A stretch of 57,367 bases of DNA from Prorocentrum cordatum (taxonomy: Eukaryota): positions 62,001 to 119,367 of the forward strand of contig CAUYUJ010000034.1 in the NCBI GenBank assembly GCA_963575745.1, given 5' to 3'. The notes under the pieces are model-generated. The model searched no databases. It was not told the DNA's origin and was given only the letters and a program-made list of their open reading frames with translations. Positions 36,138 to 50,942 of the stretch are shown one piece after another (position 1 is the stretch's first letter; each line of letters starts with the position of its first letter). The position numbers were made by a program, and so were the translations under genes.

Positions 36138-37563
36138 CTGGGCGCCGGCGGTAAACCGTCAACCTTGGTTACCGCCGGGGAACTCGTAGAGCTTCCAAGC
36201 TCGACTTAAGTCGAGAAAACCGAGAGCACCTACCAACATTCTGACTCATAGTGAATATTTGTTGACCTCTGAATGCGACAAGCGGACGCGTCTGATCAGA
36301 CCGTGTTCAGACCTCTCAATGCGACAGGCGGACGCGTCTGATCTCTGCGAATCGACTCATGTCATTACCAGCCCTGCAGCCCCCCTACAGCCCGAGTTAA
36401 GTGCAGAAAACCGACAGCATCTCTCAGGATGACTCGAATAATATAATAATTTCGCAGATCTGTTTCGAGCAGCAGACCAAGTTCTGAGCTCTCGAATCGA
36501 CCAACGAACGCGCCTGATGTGTGCAAATCGATTTCTATGACCCGCAGCACTGTAGAAAATACCGAGAGCGTTTATCAAGATGACTCGAATAATACGAATA
36601 GATTTGCGGACCTAGCTCGGCTAGCAGACCGAGTTCAGACCTCTGGAGTCAAGAGGCGAACGCGCCTGATAATTATGAGTGCGATAGGTGTGCTTACCAG
36701 CACTCTAGCTGCCCTGCAGCTCGAATTAAGTACAAAATACCCACCACGCGTATCAAGTTGACTCGAATAATACGAATAGGTTTGCGGACCTAGCTCGGCT
36801 AGCAGACCGAGTTCAGACCTATGGATTAAACAGGCGAACGCGCCTGATGATTCTGAGTGCAATAGGTGTGCTTACCAGCACTGTAGCTGCCCTACAGCTC
36901 GAGTTCAGTAGAAAATATCGACAACGCGTATCAAGTTGACTCGAATAATACGAATGGGTTTGCGGACCTAGCTCGGCTAGCAGACCTAGTTCAGACCTAT
37001 GGATTCAACAGGCGAACGCGCCTGATGATTCTGAGTGCGATAGGTTTGCTTACCAGCACTGTAGCTGCACTACAGCTCGAGTTAAGTAGAGAATACCGAC
37101 AACGCGTATCAAGTTGACTCGAATAATACAAATAGGTTTGCGGACCTAGCTCGGCTAGCAAACCGAGTTCAGACCTATGGATTCAACAGGCGAACGCGTC
37201 TGATGATTCTGAGTGCGATAGCTGTGCTTACCAGCTCTGTAGCTGTCCTACAGCTCGAGTTAAGTACAAAATACCGACAGCGCGTATTACGAAGACTCGA
37301 AACGGCCGTTCCCGCCACAGTGCTTTTTGGCCTTCAAAGTTACCCGATCGAGCTGAGATCAAGATGGCGAGCGGGAATAAGATCGAATATCACGGGAAAA
37401 AATACTAGAGCTCTAACGAATGGTCAAATTTCGAGAACAAAATTTTCAACCGACGAAAAGTCACCAAAAGTTCCGTCGAGATTTTTCGAGCCAACTAGCT
37501 CTCCAGCGCGCCCGAATTACTCTTAAGCTTCCAGCAACTAGCTTAGGGAAGCTCTACGAGTCA
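36138..37563 (-). mobile_element. Family A variant (TTGG hairpin loop) with expanded 178-bp monomers
   Basis: Flanks ATCGCAA | AACCACCCC rejoin exactly; four similar monomers at ~36600-37300. Confidence 0.85.
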
Positions 37564-39134
37564 AACCACCCCAAAGTTGCCACATTGTCCGCCTCGGGCG
37601 GGTCGGCCAACTGGGCGCCGGCGGTAAACCGTCAACCTTGGTTACCGCCGGAGAACTCGTAGAGCTTCCAAGCTCGACTTAAGTTGAGAAAACCGAGAGC
37701 ACCTACCAACGTTCTGACTCATAGAAAGTATTTTTTTACCTCTGAATCCGACAAGCGGACGCGTCTGATCAGACCGAGTTCAGACCTCTCAATGCGACAG
37801 GCGGACGCGTCTGATGTCTGCGAATCGACTCATGTGATTACCAGCCCTGCAGCCCCCCTACAGCCCGAATTAAGTGCAGAAAACCGACAGCATCTCTCAG
37901 GATGACTCGAATAATACAATAGTTTCGCAGACCTGTTTCGAGCAGCAGACCAAGTTCTGAGCTCTCGAATCGACCAACGAACGCGCCGCATATGCGATTT
38001 CTATGACCCGCAGCACTGTAGCCCTCCCCCAGCACGAGTTGAGTGCAGAAAATTGAGAGCACCTTTCACGATGATCCGAACAATACGAATAGTTTCGCGA
38101 ACCTAGCTCGGGCAGCAGGCCGAGTTCAGAGCTCTCGATACAACAGACAAACGCGCCCGATAATTCTGAATCGATTTCTGTGACTGTAGGCTCTGTAGCT
38201 GCCTACAGCTCAAGTTAAGTACAGAAAATACCGAGAACGTTTGTCAAGATGACTCCAATGATACGAATAGGTTTGCGGACCTAGCTCGACTAGCAGACCG
38301 AGTTCAGACCTATCGATTCGACAGGCGAACGCGCCTAATGAGTTTGAGTGCGATAGGTGTGCTTATCAGCTCTGTAGATGCCCTGCAGCTCGAATTAAGT
38401 ACAAAATACCGACAACGCGTATCAAGTTGACTCGAAACCAATAGGTTTGCGGACCTAGCTCGGCTAGCAGACCGAATTCAGACCTATGGGATCAACAGGC
38501 GAACGCGCCTGATGATTCTGAGTGCGATAGGTGTGCTTACCAGCACTGTAGCTGACCTACAGCTCGAGTTAAGTGGAGAATAACGACAACGCGTATCAAG
38601 TTGACTCGAATAATACGAATAGGTTTGCGGACCTAGCTCGGCTAGCAGAGCGAGTTCAGACCTAGCGATTCAACAGACGAACGCGCCTGATGATTCCGAA
38701 TGCGATAGGTGTGCTTACCAGCACTGTAGCTGCCCTACAGCTCGAATTAAAGAGAAAATACCGACAACGCGTATCAAGTTGACTCGAATAATACGAATAT
38801 GTTTGCGGACCTAGCTCGGCTAGCCGACCGAGTTCAGACCTATGGATTCAACAGGCGAACGCGCCTGATGATTCTGAGTGCGATAGCTGTGCTTACCAGC
38901 TCTGTAGCTGTTCTACAGCTCGATGTGAGTACAAAATAATGAAAACGCGTATCAAGATGACTCGAAACGGCCGATCCCGCCAGTGTGCTTTTTGGCCTTC
39001 AAAGTTACCCGATCGAGCTGAGATCAAGATGGCGAGCGGGAATAAGATCGAATATCACGGGAAAAAATACTAGAGCACAAACGAATAATCAAATTTCGAG
39101 AACATAATTTTCAACCGACCAAAAGTTGTGAAAA

Positions 39135-40247
39135 CTGGGCGCCGGCGGTAAACCGTCAACCTTTCTTACCGCCGGGGGACTCGTAGAGCTTCCTGACATT
39201 ATATAATGTGGAGAAGAATTTCAGAGAACGACTAGTTTTTCAGCCCAAGCGATTATAAACCTCTCAAGATGACTCTAACAAAACAAACGAACAGTTTTCC
39301 AACCGAGCTCGAGTATGAAACCGAGTTCAGACCTCTGAATGCGACAGGCGGACTCGTCTGATGTCTGCGAATCGATTCCTGTGATTGCCAGCTCTGCAGC
39401 CCCCCATACAGCCTGAGTTAAGTGCAGAAAACCGAGAGTACCTCTCAGGATGACTCGAATAATACAACAGTTTCGCGAATCTCGTTCGAGCAGCAGACCG
39501 AGTTCCGAGCTCTCGGTTCGACAAACGAACGCGTCTGATCTCTGCAAATCGATTCATGTGACCAGCAGCACTGTAGCCCTCCCCCAGCACGATTTAAGCA
39601 CAGGAAACCGAGAGCATTTCTCAAGAAGACTCGAACAATACCAATAGGTTCGCAAACCTAGCTCGGGGAGCAGGCCGAGTTCAGAGCTCTCAGACAAACG
39701 CGCCTGATGATTCTCGATCGATTTCTGTGATTATCAGCTCTGTGGCTGCCCTAAAGATCGAGTTAAGAACGAAAAACCGAGAGCGTCTACTACAATGACT
39801 CGAATAATACGAATAGGTTTGCGACCCTAGCTCGGCTAGCAGACCGATTTCAGACCTCTGGATTCAACAGGCGAACGCGTCTCATTATTATGAACGCATT
39901 AGCTGTGCTCACCAGCTCTGTAGTTGTCCTGAAGCTCGAGTTATCTTAAGAAAACCGTCAGCGCGTATCAAGATAACTCCAAACGGTCGTTCCCGCCGGG
40001 ACGCTTTTTGGCCTTCAAAGTTACCCGATCGAGCTGAGATCAAGATGGCGAGCGGGAATAAGATCGAATATCATGGGAAAAAATACTGGAGCTCAAACGA
40101 ATGTTCAAATTTCGAGAACAAAATTTTCAACCGACCAAAAGTCAGCAAAAGGTCCGTCGAGATTTTTCTTGCCAACTAGCTCTCCAGCTCCCCGGAATTA
40201 CTCTTAAGCTTCCAGCAATAGCTTGCTAAGGGAAGCTCTACGAGTTA
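39135..40247 (-). mobile_element. Complete family A element (1113 bp)
   Basis: Flanks GTTGTGAAAA | CTTCAGTTC rejoin the parent GTTGTGAAAAGTTCAG with one mismatch. Confidence 0.8.
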
Positions 40248-43200
40248 CTTCAGTTCTTTTTTTCGAGCCAGCTAGCTCTCCAGCGCGCCGGAACTGGGCG
40301 CCGGCGGTAAACCGTCAACCTTTCTTACCGCCGGGGGACTCGTAGAGCTTCCTGACAATATATAATGTGGAACAGAATATCAGAGAACGACTAGTTTTCC
40401 AGTCTAAGCGATTATAGACCTCTCAAGATGACTCTAATAAAACAAACGAACAGTTTTGTAATCGAGCTCGAGTATGAAACCGAGTTCAGACCTCTGAATG
40501 CGATAGGCGGACGCGTCTGATGTCTGCGGATCGATTTCAATGATTACCAGCTCTGCAGCCCCATACAGCCTGAGTTAAGTGCAGAAAACCGAGAGTACCT
40601 CTCAGGATGACTCGAATAATAGAACAGTTTCGCGGATCTCGTTCGAGCAGCAGACCGAGTTCCGAGCTCTCGCTTCGACGAACGAACGCGCCTGATGTCT
40701 CGATATCGATTCATGTGACCAGCAGCACTGTAGCCCTTCCCCCAGCACGATTTAAGTACAGAAAACCGAGAGCACTTCTCAAGATGACTCGAAAAATGCG
40801 AATAGGTTCGCGAACCTAGCTCGGGGAGCAGGCCGAGTTGAGAGCTCTTGATTCAATAGACGAACGCGCCTGATAATTCTCAATCGATTTCTATGATTTC
40901 CAGCTCTGTGGCTGCCCTACTAATCGAGTTAAGTACGCAAAACCGAGAGCGTCTGCTACAATGACTCGAATAATACGAATAGGTTTGCGACCCTAGCTCG
41001 GCTAGCAGACCGAGTTCAGACCTCTCGATTCAACAGGCGAACGCGCCTGATCATTCTGAATGCATTAGCTGTGCTGACCACCTCTGTAGTTGTCCTGAAG
41101 CTCGAGTTATGTTGAGAAAACCGTCAGCGCGTATCAAGATGACTCGAAACGGTCGTTCCCGCCCGTGTGCTTTATGATCTTCAAAGTTACCCGATCGAGC
41201 TGAGATCAAGATGGCGAGCGAGAATGAGATCGAATATCATGGGAAAAAATACTAGAGCTCTAACGAATGTTCAAATTTTGAGAACAAAATTTTCAACCGA
41301 GCAAAAGTCACCAAAAGGTCCGTCGAGATTTTTCTCGCCAACTAGCTCTCCAGCTCCCCGGAATTACTCTTAAGCTTCCACAATAACTGGCGCCGGCGGT
41401 GAACCGTCAACCTGGTCACCGCCGGGAACCTCGTAGAGCTCCTTGCACGCATAAGAGTGCTCAGATGTAAAGCAGACAGCTTCACAGAGCATTTCTAGAA
41501 AAACACCGAATTTCGATTTCTCGGTATCAACATGGCGTCGGTTCCTCCAAATGTTTAGATATCAAAACTCATTCCAGAGAGCTGAGCTGCTCGCAGAACG
41601 AAATTTAGATACTAATGCTTGGAGTAAAAATCTGCTTTCCCAAAATAAATTGTCAAATGTCGTTCAAATTTTCGCAAAACCGACCCAAAGTTATCACATT
41701 TTCTTTTCTGGCCGGGTCGATCAACTAGCTCCACCCCGCGCCGGAACTGGGCGCCGGCGGTAAACCGTCAACCTTTGTTACCGCCGGGGGACTCGTAGAG
41801 CTCCTGACAACATATAATGTCGAAGAAAATTGCAGAGAACGAATAGTTTTTCAGCCCAACTCGAGTATCAGACCGAGTTCGGACCTCTGAATGCAGCAGA
41901 CAGAGGCGTCTGATGTCTCCGAATTACCCGCCCTGCAGCCCCCCTACAGCCCGAGCTAAGTGCAGAACGCCGACAGTAGCTCTCAAGATGACTGGAAGAA
42001 TACGAACAGTTTCGTGATTCTAGATCGCGCAGCAGACCGAGTTCAGAGCTCTGGATTCAACAGGCGAACGCGCCTGATTATTCTGAGTGCGATAGGTGTG
42101 CTTACCAGCACTGTAGCTGCCCTACAGCTCGATTTAAGTAGAAAATACCGACAACGCGTATCAAGTTGACTCGAATAATACGAATAGGTTTACGGACCTA
42201 GCTCGGCTAGCAGACCGAGTTCAGACCTATGATTCAACAGGCGAACGCGCCTGATTATTCTGAGTGCGATAGGTGTGCTTACCAGCACTGTAGCTGCCCT
42301 ACAGCTCGAGTTAAGTAGAAATACCGACAACGCGTATCAAGTTGACTCGAATAATACGAATAGGTTTGCGGACCTAGCTCGGCTAGCAGACCGAGTTCAG
42401 ACCTATGAATTCAACAGACGACCGCGCCTGATCATTCTGCGTGCGATAGGCGTGCTTACCAGCACTGTAGCTGCCCTACAGCTCGAGTTAAGTAGAAAAT
42501 ACGACAACGCGTATCAAGTTGACTCGAATAATACGAATAGGTTTGCGGACCTAGCTCGGCTAGCAGACCGAGTTCAGACCTATGGATTCAACAGGCGAAC
42601 GCGCCTGATGATTCTGAGTGCGATAGCTGTGCTTACCAGCTCTGTAGCTGTCCTAGAGCTCGAGTTAAGTACAAAATACCGACAGCGCGTATCAAGATGA
42701 CTCGAAACGGCCGTCCCGCCAGAGTGCTTTTTGGCCTTCAAAGTTACCCGATCGAGCTGAGATCAAGATGGCGAGCGGGAATAAGATCGAATATCACGGG
42801 GAAAAAATACTAGAGCTCTAACGAATTGTCAAATTTCGAGAACAAAATTTTCAACCGAGCAAAAGTTGTCAAAAGTTCAGTTCTTTTTTTTCGAGCCAAC
42901 TAGCTCTCCGGCGCGCCGGAATTACTCTTAGCTTCCAGCTATAACTGGCGCCGGCGGTGAACCGTCAACCTGGTCACCGCCGGGAACCTCGTAGAGCTCC
43001 TTGCATCCGTGAGAAAGCTCAGCATCAAAGCGGGAGCTTCTGGGAGCTTTTCTAGAAAAACTTCAAGTTGAGATTTTTCGGAGTCAACATGAAGTCGGTT
43101 CCTCCAAGTGAACTGGTACTAAAAATGGCTCTAGAGGGCTGAGCTGCTCAGAGAACAAAGTTTATATCTCAATGCTCAGAGTAAAAATCTGCTTTCCAAA

Positions 43201-44558
43201 ATAAATTGTCAAATATCTTTGAAAATTTCGCAAAACCGACCAAAAGTCACCAATTTGTGCTTTCTGCCCCGCGCCGGAATTCCTCTAGCTCATCGATAAC
43301 GAAGAGCTCTACTAGGTACCTGGTTACATCCGTGAGAAAGCTCAGGATTGAAGCGAGAGCTTCTGGGATCTTTTCTAGAAAAACTTCAAGTTTTTGGAGT
43401 CAACATGAAGTCGGTTCCTCCAAATGAACTCGTACTAAAAATGGCTCTAGAGCGCTAAGCTGCTCAGGGAACAAAGTTCATATGTCAATGCTCGGAGTAA
43501 AAATCTGCTTTCTCAAAATGAATTGTCAAATATCTGACAAATCTTAGCAAAACCGACCAAAAGTTATCACATCTTCTTTTCTGGTCGGATCGGCCAACTG
43601 GGCGCCGGCGTAAAACGTCAACCTTGGTAACCGCCGGGGGACTCGTAGAGCTTCCAAACTCGACTTAAAGTTGAGAAAACATACAGCAATAACCAACAAT
43701 CTGACTATATGAATAATTTTTCGGCCCGTTTTTCTGTACTTAAACTCGGGCTGGGGGGACAGCATGACACTGGTAATCAAAGGGATCAATTTAAGACATT
43801 TGGCGCGCCGCATGATCGAATACATAGCTCTGAACTCTTTCTGCTGGCCCAACTAGGTCCGCCGAAACTATTCTATTAATTTTCGAGTCATCCTGAGAGG
43901 GGCGCTGCCCAGGGTTTTCTGCACTCAACCGGGCGGTAGGGGGCTACAGTGGCTGGTAATGACAGGATTTCGATTTGCAGACAGCAGACGCGCGTCCGTC
44001 TGTCGCAGCATTATTCGCAAGCGACTCGAACGATACGAATAGTTTTGCGATTCTAGATCGGGCAGCAGGCCGAGTTCAGAGCTCTGGAGTCGACAGACAA
44101 CTGTAACTGATGATTCTGAATTGGTGCCTCTGAATATCAGCTCTGTAGCTGTCCTACAGCTCGAGTTAAGAGCAGAAAACCGAGCGTTTCTGTCAAAATG
44201 ACTCGAATGATACGAACAGGTTTGTGGCCTACTCGGCTAGCAGACCGAGATCAGGCCTCCTGATTCAACGGGCCAATACGCGCCTGATCAGATCTGCGGC
44301 TATGTACTTGCTACCAGCTCTGTACTGCCGCTAGAGCTCGATTATGTCCAGTAAACCGTTAGCGCATATTATCTAGAGGACTCAAACACGACCGATACCC
44401 GCCCCGCACAGTGCTTTTCGATAGAATATTCACCCGATCGAGCTGAGATCAAGATGGCGAGCGGGAATAAGATCGAATATCACGGGAAAAAATACTAGAG
44501 CTCTAACGAATGTTCAAATTTCGAGAACATAATTTTCAACCGAGCAAAAGTTGTCAAA

Positions 44559-44957
44559 CTGGCGCCGGCGGTGAACCGTCAACCTGGTCACCGCCGGGAA
44601 CCTCGTAGAGCTCATTTCACGCGTAAGAGTGCTCGGAGTCGAAAGAGAGAGCTTCTGGAAGCATTTCTCGAAAAAGAGAAAAAAAGATTTTTTTCGTGTC
44701 GGCATGAAGAAGGTTCCGCCAAGTGTTTTGATAGTAAAAGTGCGCCTACAGAGCTCATACTAAGACAGAGAGGCCCTCATAGTCGTTTACAGGTGCGAAA
44801 AATCTGCTTTCTCAAAATGAATTTTGAAATATCTTTCAAAAAATTGCAAAACCACCCAAAAGTTATCACATCTTCTTTTCTGGTCGGGTCGACCAACTAG
44901 CTCCACAGCGCGCCGGAATTCCTCTAGCTCATCGATATCGAAGAGCTCTACGAGGTA
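44559..44957 (-). mobile_element. Complete family B element (399 bp)
   Basis: Flanks GTTGTCAAA | AGTTCAGTCG rejoin exactly. Confidence 0.85.
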
Positions 44958-44983
44958 AGTTCAGTCGAAATTTTTCGAGCCAA

Positions 44984-45383
44984 CTGGGAACCGGCGGTAA
45001 ACCGTCAACCTGGCTACCGCCGGGAACCTCGTAGAGCTCTTTACATGCACGGCGATCGTCGGAGCACATAAAGAAAGCTTCTTGAACGCGACAGAAATAA
45101 CTCGAGAAATTACGTTTTTTTTATTTATCCAACGTCGGTTCCTGCAAGTCTTTCGATAGTAATATTGCAGCTACGGACCTGAAAATTTTACTGGCAGACG
45201 CGGCATAACCCACTACACGTGAGAAAAATACCGGTTCCCAAAATGAATTGTCAAATATCTTTCGAATATTAACAAAACCGGCCCAAGGTCATCACATTGT
45301 CTCTTTTGGTCGGGTCGGCCGACTAGCTCCACCCCGCGCCAGAATTCCTCTAGCTCATCCGTGCCGAAGAGCTCTACGAGGTA
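44984..45383 (-). mobile_element. Complete family C element (400 bp)
   Basis: Flanks GAGCCAA | ACTAGCTGTGG rejoin the parent with one extra A. Confidence 0.8.
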
Positions 45384-48300
45384 ACTAGCTGTGGGCGCGC
45401 CGGAATTACTCTTAGCTTCCAGCAATAACTTGCTAAGGGAAGCTCTACGAGTTACTGGGCGCCGGCGGTAAACCGTCAACCTTTCTTACCGCCGGGGGAC
45501 TCGTAGAGCTTCCTGACAGTATATAGCGTGAAAAAATCCAAAGAACGACTAGTGTTTCAGCCCAAGCGATTTCAGACCTCTCAAGATGACTCTAACAAAA
45601 AACGAAACAGTTTCGCAACCCAGTTCGAGTATCGAACCGAGTTCAGACCTCTGAATACGACAGGCGGGCGCGTCTGATGTCTGCGAATCCACTCATGTGA
45701 TTCCCAGCCCTGCAGCTCCCCTACAGCCCGAGTTGAGTGCAGAAAACCGACATATGACCGAATGATAGAAATAGTTCAGCGCGCCTAGTTCGAGCAGCAG
45801 ACCCGAGTTCCGAGCTCTGAATCGACCAACAGACCGCGCCTGATGTGTGCAAATCGACCCAAAAGCCCCGCCACACTGTAGCCTCCCCCCGCACGAGTTG
45901 AGTGCAGAAAATGAGGTACTTCTCAAGATGATCGACAGTACGAACAGTTTCGGCGAACCTAGCTCGGCAGGCAGGCCGAGTTCCAGAGAGCTCTCGGTTC
46001 GATATACGAACGCGACTGATGATTCCCCATCGATTTCTGTGACAATCAGCCCTGTAGCTGCCCTACAGCTCGAGTTAAGTACAGAAAACCGAGAGCGTCT
46101 GTCAAGACGACTCGAATAATGCGAATAGGTTTGCGGACCTAGCTCGGCTAGCAGACCGAGTTCAGACCTCTGGATTCAACAGGCGAACGCGCCTGATAAT
46201 TCTGAATGCGAACCTAGCCTGTGCTTACCAGCCCTGTAGCTGCCCTACAGCTCGAGTTAAGTACAGAAAACCGAGAGCGTCTGTCAAGACGACTCGAATA
46301 ATGCGAATAGGTTTGCGGACCTAGCTCGGCTAGCAGACCGAGTTCAGACCTCTGGATTCAACAGGCGAACGCGCCTGATAATTCTGAATGCGATAGGTGT
46401 GGCTTACCAGCTCTGTAGCGTCCTACGCTCGAGTAAGAACAAAATACCGACAGGCGCGTAATCAAGATGACTCGAAACGGGAGCCGTTCCCCGCCACAGT
46501 GCTTTTTTGGCCTTCAAGTTTAACCCGATCGAGCCTGAGGATCAAGATGAAGGACGGGAATAAGATCGAATATCAACGGAAAAAATACTAAGCTCTAACG
46601 AATGTCCAAAATTTCGAGAACACAAAATTCAAAACCGAACCACAGTCCAGCAAAAGGTCCGTCGAGATTTTTCTTGCCACTAGCTCTCCAGCGCTCCGGA
46701 ATTACTCTTAAGCTTCCAGCAATAACTTGCTAAGGGAAGCTCTACGAGTTACTGGGCGCCGGCGGTAAACCGTCAACCTTTCTTACCGCCGGGGGACTCG
46801 TAGAGCTTCCTGACAATATATACTGTGGGAAAAAACTCGAAAGAACGACTATTTTTTAAGCCCAAGCGATTTCAGACCTCTCAAGAGAACGCTAACAAAA
46901 AAACAAACAGTTTCGCAACCCAGTTCGAGTATCAAACCGAGTTCAGACCTCTCAATGCGACAGGCGGGCGCGTGTGATGTCTGCGAATCCACTCATGTGA
47001 TTCCCAGCCCTGAAGCCTCCCTACAGCCCGAGTTAAGTGCAGAAAACCGACAGTATCGACTCGAATAATATAATAGTTTTTGCGAACCTAGTTCGAGCAG
47101 CAGACCGAGTTCCGAGCTCTGGAATCGACCGAAAGACGCGCCTGATGTGTGCAAATCGATATATGTGACCGCAGCACTGTAGCCGTCCTCCATTACGAGT
47201 TGAGTGCAGAAAATTGAGAGCACGTCTCAAGATCATTCGGACAATACGAATAGTTTCGCGAACCTAGCTCGGGGAGCAGGCCGAGTTCAGAGCTCGCAGA
47301 TCGATAGACGAACGCGACTGATCATTTCCCATCGATGTCTCTCACAATGAGCCCTGTAGCTGCCCTACAGCTCGAGTTGAGTACAGAAAACCGAGAGCGT
47401 CTTTCAAGATGACTCGAAGAATACGAATAGGTTTGCGGACCTAGCTCGGCTAGCAGACCGAGTTCAGACCTCTGGATTAAACAGGCGAACGCTCGTAATA
47501 ATTCTGAATGCGATAGGTGTGCTTACCAGCTCTGTAGCTGCCCTACAGCTCGAGTTAAGTACAGAAAACCGAGAGCGTCAATCGAGATGACTCGAATAAT
47601 ACGAATAGGTTTGCGGATCTAGCTCGGCTAGCAGACCGAGTTCAGACCTCTGGATTGGACAGGCGAACGCGCGTGATAATTATGAGTGCGATAGCTGTGC
47701 TAACCAGCTCTGTAGCTGCCCTACAGCTCGAGTTAAGTACAAAATACCGACAGCGCGTATCAAGATGACTCGAAACGGCCGTTCCCGCCACAGTGCTTTT
47801 TGGCCTTCAAAGTTACCCGATCGAGCTGAGATCAAAATGGCGAGCGAGAATAAGATCGAATATCATGGGAAAAAATACTAGAGCTCTAACGAATTGTCAA
47901 ATTTCGAGAACAAAATTTTCAACCGACCAAAAGTCAGCAAAAGGTCCGTCGAGATTTTTCTTGCCAACTAGCTCTCCCGCGCTCCGGAATTACTCTTGAG
48001 CTTCCAGCAATAGCTTGCTAAGGGAAGCTCTACGAGTTACTAGCTCCACCCCGCGCCGGAATTCCTCTAGCTCATCGATGACGAAAAGCTCTACGAGGTA
48101 CTTGCTAAGGGAAGCTCTACGAGTTAATCCTCTAGCTCATCGATCACGAAAAGCTCTACAAGGTACTGGGCGCCGGCGGTAAACCGTCAACCTTTCTTAC
48201 CGCCGGGGGACTCGTAGAGCTTCCTGACAGTATATAGTGTGGGAAAAACCCAGTGGGAAAAAAATCCCAGAGAAACCAACGAAACTCCCTTGAGGCTGTT

Positions 48301-50942
48301 GGTGGGTTGTTCAGCCCAAGCAATTTCAGACCTCTCAAGATGACTCTAACAAAAGAACAAACAGTTTCGCAAACCAGTGAGTATCAGACCGAGTTCAGAC
48401 CTCTCAATGCGACAGGCGGACGCGTCTGATGTCTGCGAATCGACTCATGTGATTACCAGCCCTGCAGCCCCCCTGCAGCCCGAGTTAAGTGCAGAAAACC
48501 GAGAGCATCTCTCAGGGTGACTCGTATAATAGAATAGTTTCGCGGACCTGTTTCGAGCAGCAGACCAAGTTCTGAGCTCTCGAATCGACCAACGAACGCG
48601 TCTGATGTGTGCAAATCGATTTCTATGACCCACAGCACTGTAGCCCTCCCCCAGCACGAGTTGAGTGCAGGAAAATGAGAGCACTGTTTACGATGATTCG
48701 GACAATACGAATAGTTTCGCGAACCTAGCTCGGGCAGCAGGCCGAGTTCAGAGCTCTCGATACAACAGACACAGGCGCCTGATAATTATCAATCGATTTC
48801 TGTAACTACAGGCTCTGTAGCTGCCCTACAGCTCGAGTTGAGTACAGAAAACCGAGAGCGTTTGTGAAGATGACTCGAATAATACGAATAGATTTGCGGA
48901 CCTAGCTCGGCTAGCAGACCGATTTCAGACCTATGAATTCAACAGGCGAACGTGCCTGATGATTCTGAGTGCGATGCGTGTGTTTACCAGCACTGTAGCT
49001 GCCCTACAGCTCGAGTTAAGTAGAAAATACCAACAACGCGTATCAAGTTGACTCGAATAATACGAATAGGTTTGCGGACCTAGCTCGGCTAGCAGATCGA
49101 GTTCAGACCTATGGGTTGAACAGGCGAACGCGCCTGATGATTCTGAGTGCGATAGGTGTGCTTACCAGCACTGTAGCTGCCCTACAGCTCGAGTTAAGTA
49201 GAAAATACCGACAACGCGTATCAAATTGACTCGAATAATACGAATAGGTTTCCGGACCTAGCTCGGCTCACAGACCGAGTTCAGACCTCAGGGTTCAACA
49301 GGCGAACGCGCCTGATGATTCTGAGTGCAATAGGTGTGCTTACCAGCTCTGTAGCTGCCCTAGAGCTCGAGTTATGTTCAGAAAACCGTCAGCGCGTATC
49401 AAGATGACTCGAAACGGCCGTTCCCGCCACTGTGCTTTTTGGCCTTCAAAGTTACCCGAACGAGCTGAGATCAAGATGGCGAGCGGGAATAAGATCGAAT
49501 ATCACGGGAAAAAATACTAGAGCTCTAACGAATGGTCAAATTTCGAGAACCAAATTTTCAACCGAGCAAAAGTCATCAAAAGTTCCGTCGAGATTTTTCG
49601 AGCCAACTAGCTGTGGGGCGCGCCGGAATTACTCTTAGCTTCCAGCTACTGGGCGCCGGCGGTAAACCGTCAACCTTTCTTACCGCCGGGGGACTCGTCG
49701 TAGAGCTTCCTGACAATTTATAATGTGGGAAAGAATTTCAGAGAACGACTAGTTTTTCAGCCCAAGCGATTATAGACCTCTCAAGATGACTCAACAAAAC
49801 AAACAAACAGTTTTCTAATCGAGCTCGAGTATGAAACCGAGTTCAGACCACTGAATGCGACAGACGGACGCGTCTGATGTCTGCAGATCGATTCCTGTGA
49901 TTACCAGCTCTGCAGCCCCCCATACAGCCTGAGTTAAGTGCAGAAAACCGAGAGTACCTCTCAGAATGACTCGAATAATACAACAGTTTCGCGGATCTCG
50001 TTCGAGCAGCAGACCGAGTTCGGAGCTATCGGTTCGACGAACGGACGCGCCTGATGTCTCGAACTCGATTCCTGTGACTAGCAGCACTCTAGCCCTCCCC
50101 CAGCACGATTTAAGTACAGAAAACCGAGAGCACTTCTCAAGATAACTCGAACAATACCAATAGGTTTGCGACCCTAGCTCGGCTAGCAGACCGAGTTCAG
50201 ACCTCTGGATTCAACAAGCGAACGCGCCTAATCATTCTGAATGCATTAGCTGTGCTGACCAGCTCTGTAGCTGTCCTGAAGCTCGAGTTATCTTAAGAAA
50301 ACCGACAGCGCGTATCAAGATGACTCAAAATGGCTGTTCCCGCCTGCCTGCTTTTTGGTCTTCAAAGTTACCCGATCGAGCTGAGATCAAGATGGCGAGC
50401 GGCAATAAGATCGAATATCATGGGAAAAAATACTAGAGCTCTAACGAATGGTCAAATTTTGAGAACCAAATTTTCAACCGACCAAAAGTCAGCAAAAGGT
50501 CCGTCGAGATTTTTCTTGCCAACTAGCTCTCCAGCGCTCCGGAACTGGCGCCGGCGGTGAACCGTCAACCTGCTCACCGCCGGGAACCTCGTAGAGCTCC
50601 TCTCACTGGTAAGAGCGCAGAGAATCGACGCAGAATCAAAAAAAATAGCTTTTGCGAAAATCTTCAAATTCAATGTTTTCGATGTTCATATTCGTTTAGT
50701 TCCTGGGAGTCAACTCATGCAAAAATGCATCGAGCGAGCTGAGCTGCTGTCAGAGAGGAGTTTATATACCAATGCTCGGCGTAAAAATCTGCTTTCTCAA
50801 AATAAATGGTTAAATATCTTTTAAATTTTCGTAAAACCACGCAAAAGTTACCACATTGTCCGCCTCGGCCGGCTGGGCCAACTAGCTCCACCCCGCGCCG
50901 GAATTCCTCTAGCTCATCGATGCCGAAGAGCTCTACGAGGTA

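Noticed and set aside
43600..44420. Inverted, indel-rich monomer segment
   Set aside because: Dense scattered indels, also at ~45750-46000, 46400-46650 and 54130-54560, look like unpolished long-read error; not interpretable as biology.
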